Notes: generated by a model not told the origin, from the letters alone. Shown: positions 1 to 8,846, counted from the first letter of the stretch. The stretch is 64,000 nt of DNA from Dehalococcoidia bacterium (GCA_963663235.2 CAXXNO010000004.1:352001-416000); one strand, 5' to 3'. Made by a program: numbers and translations.

Positions 1-65
1 TCAGGCGTGACATCGGGGGGCCGCGAGCCCGGCGGCAGCAGCAGAAGGGATCGAACGGCGTCCAT
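1..65 (-). CDS. 5' fragment of a CDS running off the window edge, possibly HpcH/CitE aldolase-citrate lyase-like
   Basis: ATG at 65, 6 nt after the M16 peptidase stop, reads MDAVRSLLLLPPGSRPPDVTP; weak resemblance to the RSLLFVPG start of CitE-like proteins; only 21 codons visible. Confidence 0.35.
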   Translation of the reverse strand, partial: MDAVRSLLLLPPGSRPPDVTP

Positions 66-71
66 CAGCGG

Positions 72-1370
72 CTAGGCCGCGACGCGCGACTCCAGCGCGG
101 CGGCGTCCTTGTACGGGCCCACGACAGCGACAGCCAGATTGCCCGGCTGGACCACCCGCTGGGCGACGCGCAGGATGTCGTCGGGGGTGACGGCGCGCAG
201 CGCGTCGACGATCTCTTCCACGGAGCGGATGCGGCCCTCCTGCAGCAGATCCTCGCCGGTGCGGAAGGCGTGCGAGAGCGCCGTCTCCAGGCTGAGCCGA
301 AAGGCGCCGATGGCGTGTTCGCGGGCCTTGTTGAGCTCGTCGATGGGGACGGGCTCGCGGGTGAGGCGGTCCACCTCCGCGAGGATCACGTCGTTGGCCT
401 CCAGCACGTTGTCGGCGGTGACGCCCGCGCCGATGGCCAAGTAGCCGGTATCGGACTGGCGGGCCAAGCGCGAGCCCACGGAATAGGCGAGGCCCCGGCG
501 CTCCCGGACCTCGACGAAGAGCCGACTGCTCATGCCCGAGCCGAGCACGTCGTTGAGCAAGATGAGGGTGTAGCGGTCCGGATCCCGGCGGGGGATGGTG
601 CGCAGCCCCAGCGCCAGGTTGCACTGCTCGATGTCGCGGTGCTCGACGCTCACCCGCTGCGGGGCCATGCCATCCCGCGCGGCGGCCGTCTCGGGGACCG
701 GGCGGTTGGTCGCATCGCTCCAGGCGCGGGCGGCCAGCGCCAGGGTCTCATCGGGATCGACGTTGCCGGCCACCGCGAACACCGAGTTGGCGGGCTGGTA
801 CCAGGTTGCGATGTGCTCCACCAAGTGGTCGCGGCGGACGGCGGCGACGCTCTCCAAGTCGCCGGCGATGGCCCAGCCGAGCGGCTGGTCGCCGTAGACG
901 GCCTCGTTGAGGAGCTGGCCGACGCGCTGGGCGGGCTCGTCGTGGGCGTGACTGATCTCCTGCTGGATCACGGTGCGCTCGCGCTCGATCTCTTGGACGT
1001 CGAGGAGGGAGTGGCGCACGGAATCCACCAGGATGTCCATGGCCAGATCCAAGCGATCGAAGGGGACGCGGTTCCAGTAACAGGTCAGCTCTTTGCTGGT
1101 GAAGGCGTTGAGGGTTCCGCCGGCGCCCTCGATGGCGCTGGAGATCTCGAGGGCCGTGGGGCGGGACTCGGTGCCCTTGAAGAGCATGTGCTCCAGGTAG
1201 TGGGAGAGCCCCAGCGTCTCACGTCGCTCGGCGCGGCTGCCCACGCCCACGTAGATCGCCAGCGCCGCCGCCTGCGAGTGGGGCAGCGGTGTTACGACCA
1301 CCCGCAACCCGTTGTCGAGAGTCGTGATGTGTGAGGTGGTGTCGGCGGTAGACGGGGTCGCACGAGTCAC
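72..1370 (-). CDS. M16 (pitrilysin-family) zinc peptidase
   Basis: TTLDNGLRVV, GSRAE, inverted zincin HYLEH, LNAFTSKE, GMSSRLFVEVRERRGLAYSV; GTG at 1370 preferred over the ORF-track start at 2078, which overlaps the divergent gene. Confidence 0.92.
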   Translation of the reverse strand: MTRATPSTADTTSHITTLDNGLRVVVTPLPHSQAAALAIYVGVGSRAERRETLGLSHYLEHMLFKGTESRPTALEISSAIEGAGGTLNAFTSKELTCYWNRVPFDRLDLAMDILVDSVRHSLLDVQEIERERTVIQQEISHAHDEPAQRVGQLLNEAVYGDQPLGWAIAGDLESVAAVRRDHLVEHIATWYQPANSVFAVAGNVDPDETLALAARAWSDATNRPVPETAAARDGMAPQRVSVEHRDIEQCNLALGLRTIPRRDPDRYTLILLNDVLGSGMSSRLFVEVRERRGLAYSVGSRLARQSDTGYLAIGAGVTADNVLEANDVILAEVDRLTREPVPIDELNKAREHAIGAFRLSLETALSHAFRTGEDLLQEGRIRSVEEIVDALRAVTPDDILRVAQRVVQPGNLAVAVVGPYKDAAALESRVAA

Positions 1371-1439
1371 GGCGGGCAGCGTAACACGCCGGCCGCGCCG
1401 AGGGCGGCTGTTGCTTTTGGGTGGGGGTAGGCTGCCGGC

Positions 1440-2336
1440 ATGGGAGAGCGCTTGCTGGAGGCCGCGTTCGTCTGGAACTGGAACTCGCTGGTGGGGTCGG
1501 TGCAGGGCGCGCTGCGCGCGCTGGGGGCCGAGCACGACGCTGCCTGGGTGAGCGGCACGCTGGGCGAGGCGTTTCGGGCGCCGGCGGCGTCGTTGCTGGA
1601 GGCCGAGGTGGCGTTCGCGCGCAAAGGGTACCAACCGCGATCCCTGGACGGCGTGGCGGCGTCGTTGGAGGCGCTGGGGTTGCACGTGCGGGTGGAGGAT
1701 CGGGACCCGGCGGAGCGCGGCCGGCCGCGCTTCCTGGGGCGCCGGATCCGCCGCCGGATCAACGACGGCTGCCCGGTAATCGCCTACGGGGCTGGAGTGG
1801 CTGATTTCGCGCTGATCGTCGGCTACGAGGACCGGAAAAAACGCTACCGCGTCAGCGGCCCGCTGACGGAGCAGGTCGGCGAGTGGCTGCCGTACGACCG
1901 TCTGCCCAGCGCCGGCGAGCGCCGTCTGCTGGTGCTGCTGCCGGAGCGCGCGCCGCCCGACCGCGAGGCGGCGGTGCGGCTGGCCCGCGGGCTGGCGCGG
2001 ACGGCGGAGTCGATCCCGGTGCTGGAGCGCTGGCGAGGGCTGCTGGAGAGCGATGCGCCGATCGACGCCCAGGGCCACGCCTACTGGGCGGCTGTCGTCA
2101 CGGCGGCCCGCAACGAGGCCGCCCGATTCTGGCGCGCCGCCGGGCTGGACGGAGTAGCGGACGCCTCCCAGCGCACGGCGCTGGCGCTGAGCCGCTTCAC
2201 CACCCTGTTTCCCTACCCGGCGGGCGGCGGCATCGACGCCGCCGGCGTGCGTGAGGTGGGGGCGGCGGCGCTGGGAGCGGCCATCGCGGCCGAGCGGGAC
2301 GCCCTTGCTACACTGGCCGCAGAGCGTCCGGGTTGA
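1440..2336 (+). CDS. hypothetical protein, possibly BtrH/C39-like papain fold
   Basis: 298-aa ORF with normal GC3 bias; segment GCPVIAYG...FALIVGYED resembles the LxxGYD strand of C39/BtrH-like domains. Confidence 0.6.
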   Translation: MGERLLEAAFVWNWNSLVGSVQGALRALGAEHDAAWVSGTLGEAFRAPAASLLEAEVAFARKGYQPRSLDGVAASLEALGLHVRVEDRDPAERGRPRFLGRRIRRRINDGCPVIAYGAGVADFALIVGYEDRKKRYRVSGPLTEQVGEWLPYDRLPSAGERRLLVLLPERAPPDREAAVRLARGLARTAESIPVLERWRGLLESDAPIDAQGHAYWAAVVTAARNEAARFWRAAGLDGVADASQRTALALSRFTTLFPYPAGGGIDAAGVREVGAAALGAAIAAERDALATLAAERPG

Positions 2337-2360
2337 CCGCGTCGTCGCGCGGAGGATCGC

Positions 2361-2615
2361 ATGGCCGTCTCCGTCAAGCTCGCGAGCACGCTGGTCAAAC
2401 TATCGCGTAGTCAGCAACCTGAGTTCGCGGTGGACCATCGAGACGGCATGACGGTCTGGGACCTGCTCATGGATGAGGGATTCCGGGAGCGGGATGCGGA
2501 GGCGATCGCCGCCATCATCAACGATGCGCAGGGCGATCACGACTCGGAGCTGCACGACGGGGATCGAGTGGAGCTGATCGTCAACATCCAGGGCGGGTCG
2601 GCGGCGGGCGCGTGA
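2361..2615 (+). CDS. MoaD/ThiS family ubiquitin-like protein
   Basis: 84 aa, VSVKL...GMTVWDLL...IIND...LHDGDRVELIVNIQGG followed by SAAGA; GGAGG RBS upstream. Confidence 0.85.
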   Translation: MAVSVKLASTLVKLSRSQQPEFAVDHRDGMTVWDLLMDEGFRERDAEAIAAIINDAQGDHDSELHDGDRVELIVNIQGGSAAGA

Positions 2616-2634
2616 TCGCATAATCGCGGTCGCG

Positions 2635-2664
2635 TTGACACGAGTTCGGCAGGCTCGATAGGAT
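2635..2664 (+). promoter_or_regulatory. sigma70-type promoter of pyrG
   Basis: TTGACA-N18-TAGGAT ending 70 nt upstream of the pyrG ATG. Confidence 0.6.
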
Positions 2665-2733
2665 GCCGATTAGAACAGACGGTCGCATGTGGCCGCGATC
2701 GTTCGTCGAAGGGGAAGCGCAATCCCGAGGCAG

Positions 2734-4383
2734 ATGCCGAGATACATCTTCGTCACCGGCGGCGTCGTCAGCTCCGTCGGCAAAGGCATCACCAGCGCAT
2801 CCCTGGCCAAACTGCTCAAGAGCCGCGGGCTTAGCGTCACCGTCCAGAAGCTCGATCCGTACCTGAACGTCGACCCGGGGACGATGTCGCCGTACCAGCA
2901 CGGCGAGGTGTACGTGACCGCCGACGGAGCGGAAACGGACCTGGACCTGGGGCATTACGAGCGCTTCCTGGATCAGGACCTGACCGGGGCGTCGTCGGTG
3001 ACGATGGGGCAGGTGCATCAGGCGGTGATCCAGCAGGAGCGCCGGGGCGACTTCCTGGGGGGCACGATCCAGCAAGTGCCGCACATCACCAACGAAGTGA
3101 AGCGGCGCGTGCGGGGGCTGGCGAGCGACGCCGGCGTCGACGTGTTGATCATCGAGGTGGGGGGCACGGTCGGCGACATCGAGGGGCAGGCGTTCCTGGA
3201 AGCGATTCGCCAGATCCGCTCCGAAGAACCGCGCGAGCGCGTGCTCTCCGTGCACGTCACCCTGCTGCCCTACCTGCGGGCCACGCATGAGTTGAAGACC
3301 AAGCCCACGCAGCATTCGGTGCGGGACCTGCGCTCGGCGGGGGTCCAGCCGGACGTGATCATCGCGCGGGCGGAGATGCCGGTCGACAGCGCGGTGAAGG
3401 AGAAGATCGCGCTCTTTTGCGACGTGCAGCCCCGCGCAGTGATTCCCCTGGAGACCGCCGCCAGCATCTATCAGGTTCCGCAGATCCTGGAGGATGCCGG
3501 ACTCACGGATCTCATCCTGGAGCAGCTAGACGTGCCGGCGCGTGCGCGCGATCTGCGCCCGTGGCGGGACTGGGTGGGGGCCCTCCGCACACCCGCTCAT
3601 CAGCGCACGGTGGCGGTGGTGGGGAAGTACGTGGAGCTCCCAGACGCCTACCTCTCCGTGCGCGAGGCGCTGATCCACGCCGGAGTGGAGCGCCAGGCGG
3701 ACGTCGATATCCGCTGGGTGCAGTCGGAGGGGCTGGAGACGCGCGACCTGGAGGCCGAACTGGACAAGGTCGACGGCATCGTGGTGCCGGGCGGCTTCGG
3801 GGAGCGCGGAAGCGAGGGCGAGATAGCGGCGGCGCGCTACGCGCGCGAGCGCGGCACCCCGTACCTCGGGCTCTGCCGGGGCATGCAGCAGATGGTGATT
3901 GGCTTCGCCCGCGACGTTCTGCACCTGCCGGGGGCCAACTCCACGGAGTTCGACCCCGCGTCGCCGGACCCGGTCATCTCCCTGTTGGAGGAGCAAGAGG
4001 AGGTAGAGAACCTCGGCGGCACCATGCGGCTGGGACAATACCCGTGCCGGTTGCAGGAGGGGACGCGGGCGCGCGCGGCCTACGGAGTGGAGGCTGTGAA
4101 CGAGCGGCACCGGCACCGATGGGAGTTCAACAATCGCTACCGGGAGGCGCTGGCGGCGGCGGGCCTGATTGCGAGCGGGGTATCGCCGGACGGCACGCTG
4201 GTGGAGATCGCCGAGGTGGAGTGGCATCCGTTCATGGTGGGGTCGCAGTTCCACCCGGAGTTCCGATCTCGCCCCGGGCGGCCGCATCCGCTGTTCGCGG
4301 CGTTTCTGGACGCGGTCCTGGCGGCGCGGCCCCCTGCCGGCGGCGGAGCCCAGCGGACCGTGCCCTCGGAGGTGGGGTCGTAA
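2734..4383 (+). CDS. pyrG: CTP synthase
   Basis: MPRYIFVTGGVVSSVGKG, KLDPYLNVDPGTMSP, KTKPTQHSV, GLCRGMQ, QFHPEF. Confidence 0.98.
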   Translation: MPRYIFVTGGVVSSVGKGITSASLAKLLKSRGLSVTVQKLDPYLNVDPGTMSPYQHGEVYVTADGAETDLDLGHYERFLDQDLTGASSVTMGQVHQAVIQQERRGDFLGGTIQQVPHITNEVKRRVRGLASDAGVDVLIIEVGGTVGDIEGQAFLEAIRQIRSEEPRERVLSVHVTLLPYLRATHELKTKPTQHSVRDLRSAGVQPDVIIARAEMPVDSAVKEKIALFCDVQPRAVIPLETAASIYQVPQILEDAGLTDLILEQLDVPARARDLRPWRDWVGALRTPAHQRTVAVVGKYVELPDAYLSVREALIHAGVERQADVDIRWVQSEGLETRDLEAELDKVDGIVVPGGFGERGSEGEIAAARYARERGTPYLGLCRGMQQMVIGFARDVLHLPGANSTEFDPASPDPVISLLEEQEEVENLGGTMRLGQYPCRLQEGTRARAAYGVEAVNERHRHRWEFNNRYREALAAAGLIASGVSPDGTLVEIAEVEWHPFMVGSQFHPEFRSRPGRPHPLFAAFLDAVLAARPPAGGGAQRTVPSEVGS

Positions 4384-4392
4384 GCGACGGCG

Positions 4393-4872
4393 GTGAGTGA
4401 AGACGAGGCGTTCCGCCTGGTGCACACGTTGTCGCTCTTTCTCTTCATGGCCGGCCTGGGGGGGACGCTGTTGCCCTTGTATCGCGCCTGGGGGAGTGCG
4501 GATGTGATGGCGCAGGCGCATCACTTTCAGGCGGCGGGCCGCAGCCAGGTGGGCGTGTTGCTGCCGGGGCTGATCCTGACAGGCGTGACGGGACTGATCT
4601 GGGCGATCCGCTCAGAAGTGTACGATCCGGTCGAGACGGGCTGGCTGCTGGCGGTAGAGGGGCTCTACCTGTTCGCCCTCTTCGTCTGCTTCCCGGCGAT
4701 GGCGGCGGGGCTCCGCCGGGCGCGCATCCTGGCGCTGCAAGCGTTCAAGACCGGCAAGATCAGCGCGGAGTTGGAAGAGACGCTGGCCGACCGCGGGCCG
4801 ATTGTGGTGGGGACGCTGTTAGTGCCGGTGGTGGCGCTGATGACCGCCTTGGCCGTAGTGAAACCGTTCTGA
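4393..4872 (+). CDS. 4-TM membrane protein, DUF2269-like
   Basis: Four hydrophobic segments, LVH near the N-terminus, C-terminal LAVVKPF. Confidence 0.7.
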   Translation: MSEDEAFRLVHTLSLFLFMAGLGGTLLPLYRAWGSADVMAQAHHFQAAGRSQVGVLLPGLILTGVTGLIWAIRSEVYDPVETGWLLAVEGLYLFALFVCFPAMAAGLRRARILALQAFKTGKISAELEETLADRGPIVVGTLLVPVVALMTALAVVKPF

Positions 4873-4900
4873 CCCGCGGCGGGACGGAAAGGGGATAGCG

Positions 4901-5578
4901 ATGCGTATCTTTTTGGACACCGCCAACATCGATGAGATCCGCACGGCGGTCCGCTGGGGCGTCTGCGCCGGCGTCACGACCAACCCGAGCCTGTACGCCA
5001 AAGAGAGCGGAACCGGGGTCGCTTACCGCGATCGGGTGGTGGAGATCGCGGAGGTGGTGGACGGTCCCGTATCGGCGGAATGCGTGAGCCGCAGCGCGGA
5101 CGAACTGGTGGCCGAAGCGCGGGAGATCGCGTCCTGGCACGCCAACGTGGTCGTGAAGATTGCCATCGATGCGGCTGGGCTGGAGGCGATCCACCGTGTC
5201 AGCGCCGAAGGCATCCGGATCAACACCACGCTGATCTTCTCCGTCAACCAGGCGCTGCTGGCCGCCAATGCGGGCGCCGCCTTCGTCAGTCCCTTCATCG
5301 GGCGGCTGGACGACACCGGCCAGGACGGGATGGCGATGGTGCGCGAGCTAGTGGAGCTCCTGGACCGCTACCACCTGCCCACACAGGTGATCGCGGCCAG
5401 CATCCGTCACCCGCAGCATGTGTCCGCGGCGGCGGCGGCGGGGGCACACATCGCCACAGTGCCCTTCAAGGTGCTGGAGCAGATGGTCCAGCACCCGCTG
5501 ACGGACCGCGGCAGCGCGTCATTCTTGGCCGACTGGGACCGGGCGCAGGCGGAGGTGTTGGGTCGGGTCTCCCCCTAG
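4901..5578 (+). CDS. fsa: transaldolase / fructose-6-phosphate aldolase family (TalC-type)
   Basis: IFLDTAN, GVTTNPSL, VVVKIA (Schiff-base Lys), FVSPFIGRLDD, AASIRHP, HPLTD. Confidence 0.93.
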   Translation: MRIFLDTANIDEIRTAVRWGVCAGVTTNPSLYAKESGTGVAYRDRVVEIAEVVDGPVSAECVSRSADELVAEAREIASWHANVVVKIAIDAAGLEAIHRVSAEGIRINTTLIFSVNQALLAANAGAAFVSPFIGRLDDTGQDGMAMVRELVELLDRYHLPTQVIAASIRHPQHVSAAAAAGAHIATVPFKVLEQMVQHPLTDRGSASFLADWDRAQAEVLGRVSP

Positions 5579-5594
5579 GGGTCGCCGACTTCGC

Positions 5595-5623
5595 TTGCGC
5601 CGCGCGGGCCGCGCGGTTACGAT
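5595..5623 (+). promoter_or_regulatory. putative rho promoter
   Basis: TTGCGC-N17-TACGAT about 95 nt upstream of the rho TTG. Confidence 0.45.
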
Positions 5624-5718
5624 TAAGCGGTAGACGCGGGCGGTTGAACCGCGTCGGAGTCTTCCCTTCTTGGTGACCTAGGCCGCCGCAGACGCCAGCC
5701 GGTGCAGGGTCCACTGCA

Positions 5719-6987
5719 TTGAACATCGCCGAACTCGAAGCACAGACACGCGACGACCTGCTGGACCAGGCGAAGGCCATGGGCGTGAACGGCGCCACCG
5801 GCCTGAAGAAGCAGGACCTGATCTTCCGCCTGCTGCAAGCCCAGAGCGAGCACGAGGGCAACATCTTCTCGGGCGGCGTGATTGAGATCGTCGACGACGG
5901 GTACGGCTTTCTGCGAGGCGAGACGCTGTTGCCGTCCAGCACGGACGTGTATGTGTCGCAGTCGCAGGTGCGGCGCTTTGGGCTGCGCACCGGGGACTAC
6001 GTCACGGGCCAGGTGCGGCCGCCGAAAGAGGGGGAGAAGTACTACGGGCTCCTGCGCGTGGACCTGGTCAACGGCATGGACCCGGAGGAGGCCAAGCAGC
6101 GGCCGTTCTTTGAGAACCAGACGGCGATCTTTCCGCGAGAGCAGTTCATGCTGGAGACCGACGACCCCAGCAATCTGTCGGGCCGGCTGATTGATCTCAT
6201 ATCGCCGCTGGGCCGGGGGCAGCGGGGCCTCATTGTGTCGCCGCCGAAGGCGGGCAAGACGATGCTGCTCCAGAGCATCGCCCACGGGATCACCGAGAAC
6301 TACGAGAACGCCCATCTGATGGTGCTGCTGGTGGGCGAGCGCCCGGAAGAGGTCACCGAAATGCGCCGCTCGGTTCGCGGCGAGGTGGTGGCGTCCACGT
6401 TCGACGAGCCGATCGAAGATCACACCCGCGTCGCCGAAATGGCGCTGGAACGCGCCAAACGGCTGATGGAGTGCGGCCGCGACGTGGTGATCCTGGTGGA
6501 CTCCATCACCCGCCTGACGCGGGCGTACAACCTGGAGATGCCGACCAGCGGGCGCACGCTGTCCGGCGGGATCGACCCGATTGCGCTGTATCCGCCCAAG
6601 CGGTTCTTTGGCTCCGCGCGCAAGGCGGAAGAGGGCGGCAGCCTGACGATCATCGCTACTTGCATCGTGGATACCGGCAGCCGGCTGGATGACGTGGTCT
6701 ACGAAGAGTTCAAGGGGACCGGCAACTGGGAGGTCCACCTGGACCGCAAGCTCTCGGAGCGCCGGATCTTCCCCGCCATCGACATCGTCCGGAGCGGCAC
6801 CCGCCGGGAGGAACTGCTGCTGGAGCCGGAGATCTTGCAAAAGGTCTGGCTGCTGCGACGGATGATGTCCGTCCTGGCCGGCAACAACTCCGGCGCCACG
6901 GAGCCGACCGAGCGGCTGCTGGAGCGGCTGAGCCGCACCAAGTCAAACGCAGAGTTCCTGGCTTCCCTCACCACCGCGGACGCCTAG
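5719..6987 (+). CDS. rho: transcription termination factor Rho
   Basis: DGYGFLR, DVYVSQSQVRRFGLRTGD, GQRGLIVSPPKAGKT, DSITRL, EEFKGTGN, SGTRREELL; TTG start. Confidence 0.97.
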   Translation: MNIAELEAQTRDDLLDQAKAMGVNGATGLKKQDLIFRLLQAQSEHEGNIFSGGVIEIVDDGYGFLRGETLLPSSTDVYVSQSQVRRFGLRTGDYVTGQVRPPKEGEKYYGLLRVDLVNGMDPEEAKQRPFFENQTAIFPREQFMLETDDPSNLSGRLIDLISPLGRGQRGLIVSPPKAGKTMLLQSIAHGITENYENAHLMVLLVGERPEEVTEMRRSVRGEVVASTFDEPIEDHTRVAEMALERAKRLMECGRDVVILVDSITRLTRAYNLEMPTSGRTLSGGIDPIALYPPKRFFGSARKAEEGGSLTIIATCIVDTGSRLDDVVYEEFKGTGNWEVHLDRKLSERRIFPAIDIVRSGTRREELLLEPEILQKVWLLRRMMSVLAGNNSGATEPTERLLERLSRTKSNAEFLASLTTADA

Positions 6988-7628
6988 TCGCCGCGCGGCG
7001 CCAGCACGTGCACAGCGGTGTGCTCCGGCAGCGAGCTGGGCGTGACGTTGATGTGGTTTTCGACCGTGGCGGGCTTCTCGGCGCCCATCTCCTTGAGGAA
7101 CGGGTCCAGGTTGTCCAGCGGCTCTGTCTCCGGACCGACGCGGTAGAGCATCGGGATCACGAGTCGCGGTTCCAGAGCGCTGATGATCTGCGCCGCGAGG
7201 GGGGCATCCATGTGCTCCCGGCCGCCGATGGGGACCAGGACCACGTGCGCCTGGCTCAGCTCCTCGATCTGCGCCGCTCCCGGCAGCGCCCCGAGATCGC
7301 CCAAGTGGGCGATGACGACATCGTCGATCTTGATCACGAAGGCGAGGTTGCGGCCGCCCGTCGCGCCTTGGCGCTGGGGCAACGACGTGGGCACGCCGGT
7401 GAGCAGGATGTTGCGGATCTCGAACTCACCGGGGGCATCCAACTTCCTGGGGCTCCCGGCGACGCCCTCCACCCAGGCGTACCCCGGAGCGGAGTTGGAG
7501 ACGGTGACGACGTCGGCCTGGGGGCGGTTCAGGTGGAAGCCGGTGCTTGCGGGGCAGGGGTCGGTGACGACCGCGACGTCGCGTCCGCGCAGGCGAAACG
7601 CGGCGTGCCCGATCCAGGCGATGTCCAT
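6984..7628 (-). CDS. MBL-fold (Lactamase_B_3-like) protein with degenerate metal site
   Basis: MDIAWIGHAAFRL, VTDP, PGEFEI, HLGDLG, VPIGG, VIPMLY; the expected HxHxDH position reads SNSAPGY. Confidence 0.85.
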   Translation of the reverse strand: MDIAWIGHAAFRLRGRDVAVVTDPCPASTGFHLNRPQADVVTVSNSAPGYAWVEGVAGSPRKLDAPGEFEIRNILLTGVPTSLPQRQGATGGRNLAFVIKIDDVVIAHLGDLGALPGAAQIEELSQAHVVLVPIGGREHMDAPLAAQIISALEPRLVIPMLYRVGPETEPLDNLDPFLKEMGAEKPATVENHINVTPSSLPEHTAVHVLAPRGD

Positions 7629-7655
7629 CGTCGGCTATTCTCGGTGGAGACGCGC

Positions 7656-8840
7656 CTAGGCTCCAGCCGCGCCGACGATCAGCGCCGCGTTCTGGCCCGC
7701 GGCGCCATAGGCGCAGATCGCCGCGCAGAGGAGATGGTCGCGCTGCGGCTGCGCGGCGAAGTCCAGGGCGCAGTCGGGGTCGGACTCGCGGAGGCCGGCG
7801 TGTGGCGGCACCACCTGCTCGGCCAGGGAGAAGGCGGCGGCGGCGGCGGCCATCGCGCCGGTGGCTCCCACCGTGTAGCCCGCGACCGGCGTCACCGTGG
7901 TGACGTAGATGTCCAGGATGCGGGCGCCGAAGGAGCGCTCCAGGATATCGACCTCCCGCGCGTCGCCGGATTGCGTTCCCGTGCCGGCGGCGAAGAGGAC
8001 ATCGACTTGCTGGGGGCTGATGGCGGCGTCGCGCATGGCGCCCCCCAGGGCGCGGCGGGCGATGTCGACGTCGGTTGGGGGGTGGCCGTCGCCGCGGGGG
8101 CCGGCGGTCTCGGCGAAGCCGAGGATCTCGGCGTACATGCGCGCGCCGCGCGCGACGGCGACGTCGCGGTCTTCCAGGACAAGGACCGCTGCGCCCTCGC
8201 CGGGGACCAGGCCGTCGCGGAGGAGGTCGAAGGGACGCTGCGCGTCCAGGCCGTCCTGCGATGAGAGCAGCCCTGCGCCTTGGAGGGCGGCCCAGACCGC
8301 CGGAACCAGCGGCGCCTCGGCGCCGCCGGCGACCGCGACCTTGACGGCGCCGCTGCGGATGAGGGCCCGCGCCTGGCCGATGGCGATGAGGCCCGATGCG
8401 CCGTCGGCCGCGATCGTGTGGGAGGGGCCGGCGATGTTGAGGCCGGCCGTCAGCCCGGCGAGCCCGGTGCTGAAGAGCGCCCAGCCGGCCTCCCCCGCTC
8501 CGCCGCCGGGCCCGTGGGCGGTCCCGATGAGGGCGGCGACCTGGTGGGCGTTCTCGGGGGTGAGTTCGATGCGGGAGTCGGCGACGGCCTGAATGGCGGC
8601 GTCCAGGGCGAAGCGCGCACTGCGGCTGAGGCGATCGATCAACCCGGGCGGCAGGCCCGACGGTGCGGCATCGCCCTCCACCTGCCCGGCGACGGCGGGA
8701 CGGCCGGGGTCGAAGCGGGTCAGCGGCGTGGCGCAGAGGCGGGCGTCGAGCAGCGCCTTCCAGTAGTCGAGGGCCGTCGGGCCGGCGGCGCTGACAGCGC
8801 CGACGCCGGTCACCACGACGCGGGGCGGTTCCGGGTCCAT
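7656..8840 (-). CDS. beta-ketoacyl synthase (FabF/KS)-fold protein lacking the catalytic triad
   Basis: RVVVTGVGAVS, AGGAEAP, RPFD..RDGLVPGEGAAVLVLE; catalytic motifs read ADGASG, FAAGTGT, VAGYTVGA; ATG 8840 (alternative GTG 8861). Confidence 0.88.
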   Translation of the reverse strand: MDPEPPRVVVTGVGAVSAAGPTALDYWKALLDARLCATPLTRFDPGRPAVAGQVEGDAAPSGLPPGLIDRLSRSARFALDAAIQAVADSRIELTPENAHQVAALIGTAHGPGGGAGEAGWALFSTGLAGLTAGLNIAGPSHTIAADGASGLIAIGQARALIRSGAVKVAVAGGAEAPLVPAVWAALQGAGLLSSQDGLDAQRPFDLLRDGLVPGEGAAVLVLEDRDVAVARGARMYAEILGFAETAGPRGDGHPPTDVDIARRALGGAMRDAAISPQQVDVLFAAGTGTQSGDAREVDILERSFGARILDIYVTTVTPVAGYTVGATGAMAAAAAAFSLAEQVVPPHAGLRESDPDCALDFAAQPQRDHLLCAAICAYGAAGQNAALIVGAAGA

Positions 8841-8846
8841 GCACGC

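Noticed and set aside
1371-2078. N-terminal 236 aa of the 668-aa ORF 72..2078
   Set aside because: It overlaps the divergent gene at 1440; M16 homology starts near GTG 1370.
2665-2733. pyrG reiterative-transcription attenuator
   Set aside because: No GGGC at the predicted start and no U-tailed terminator in the leader.
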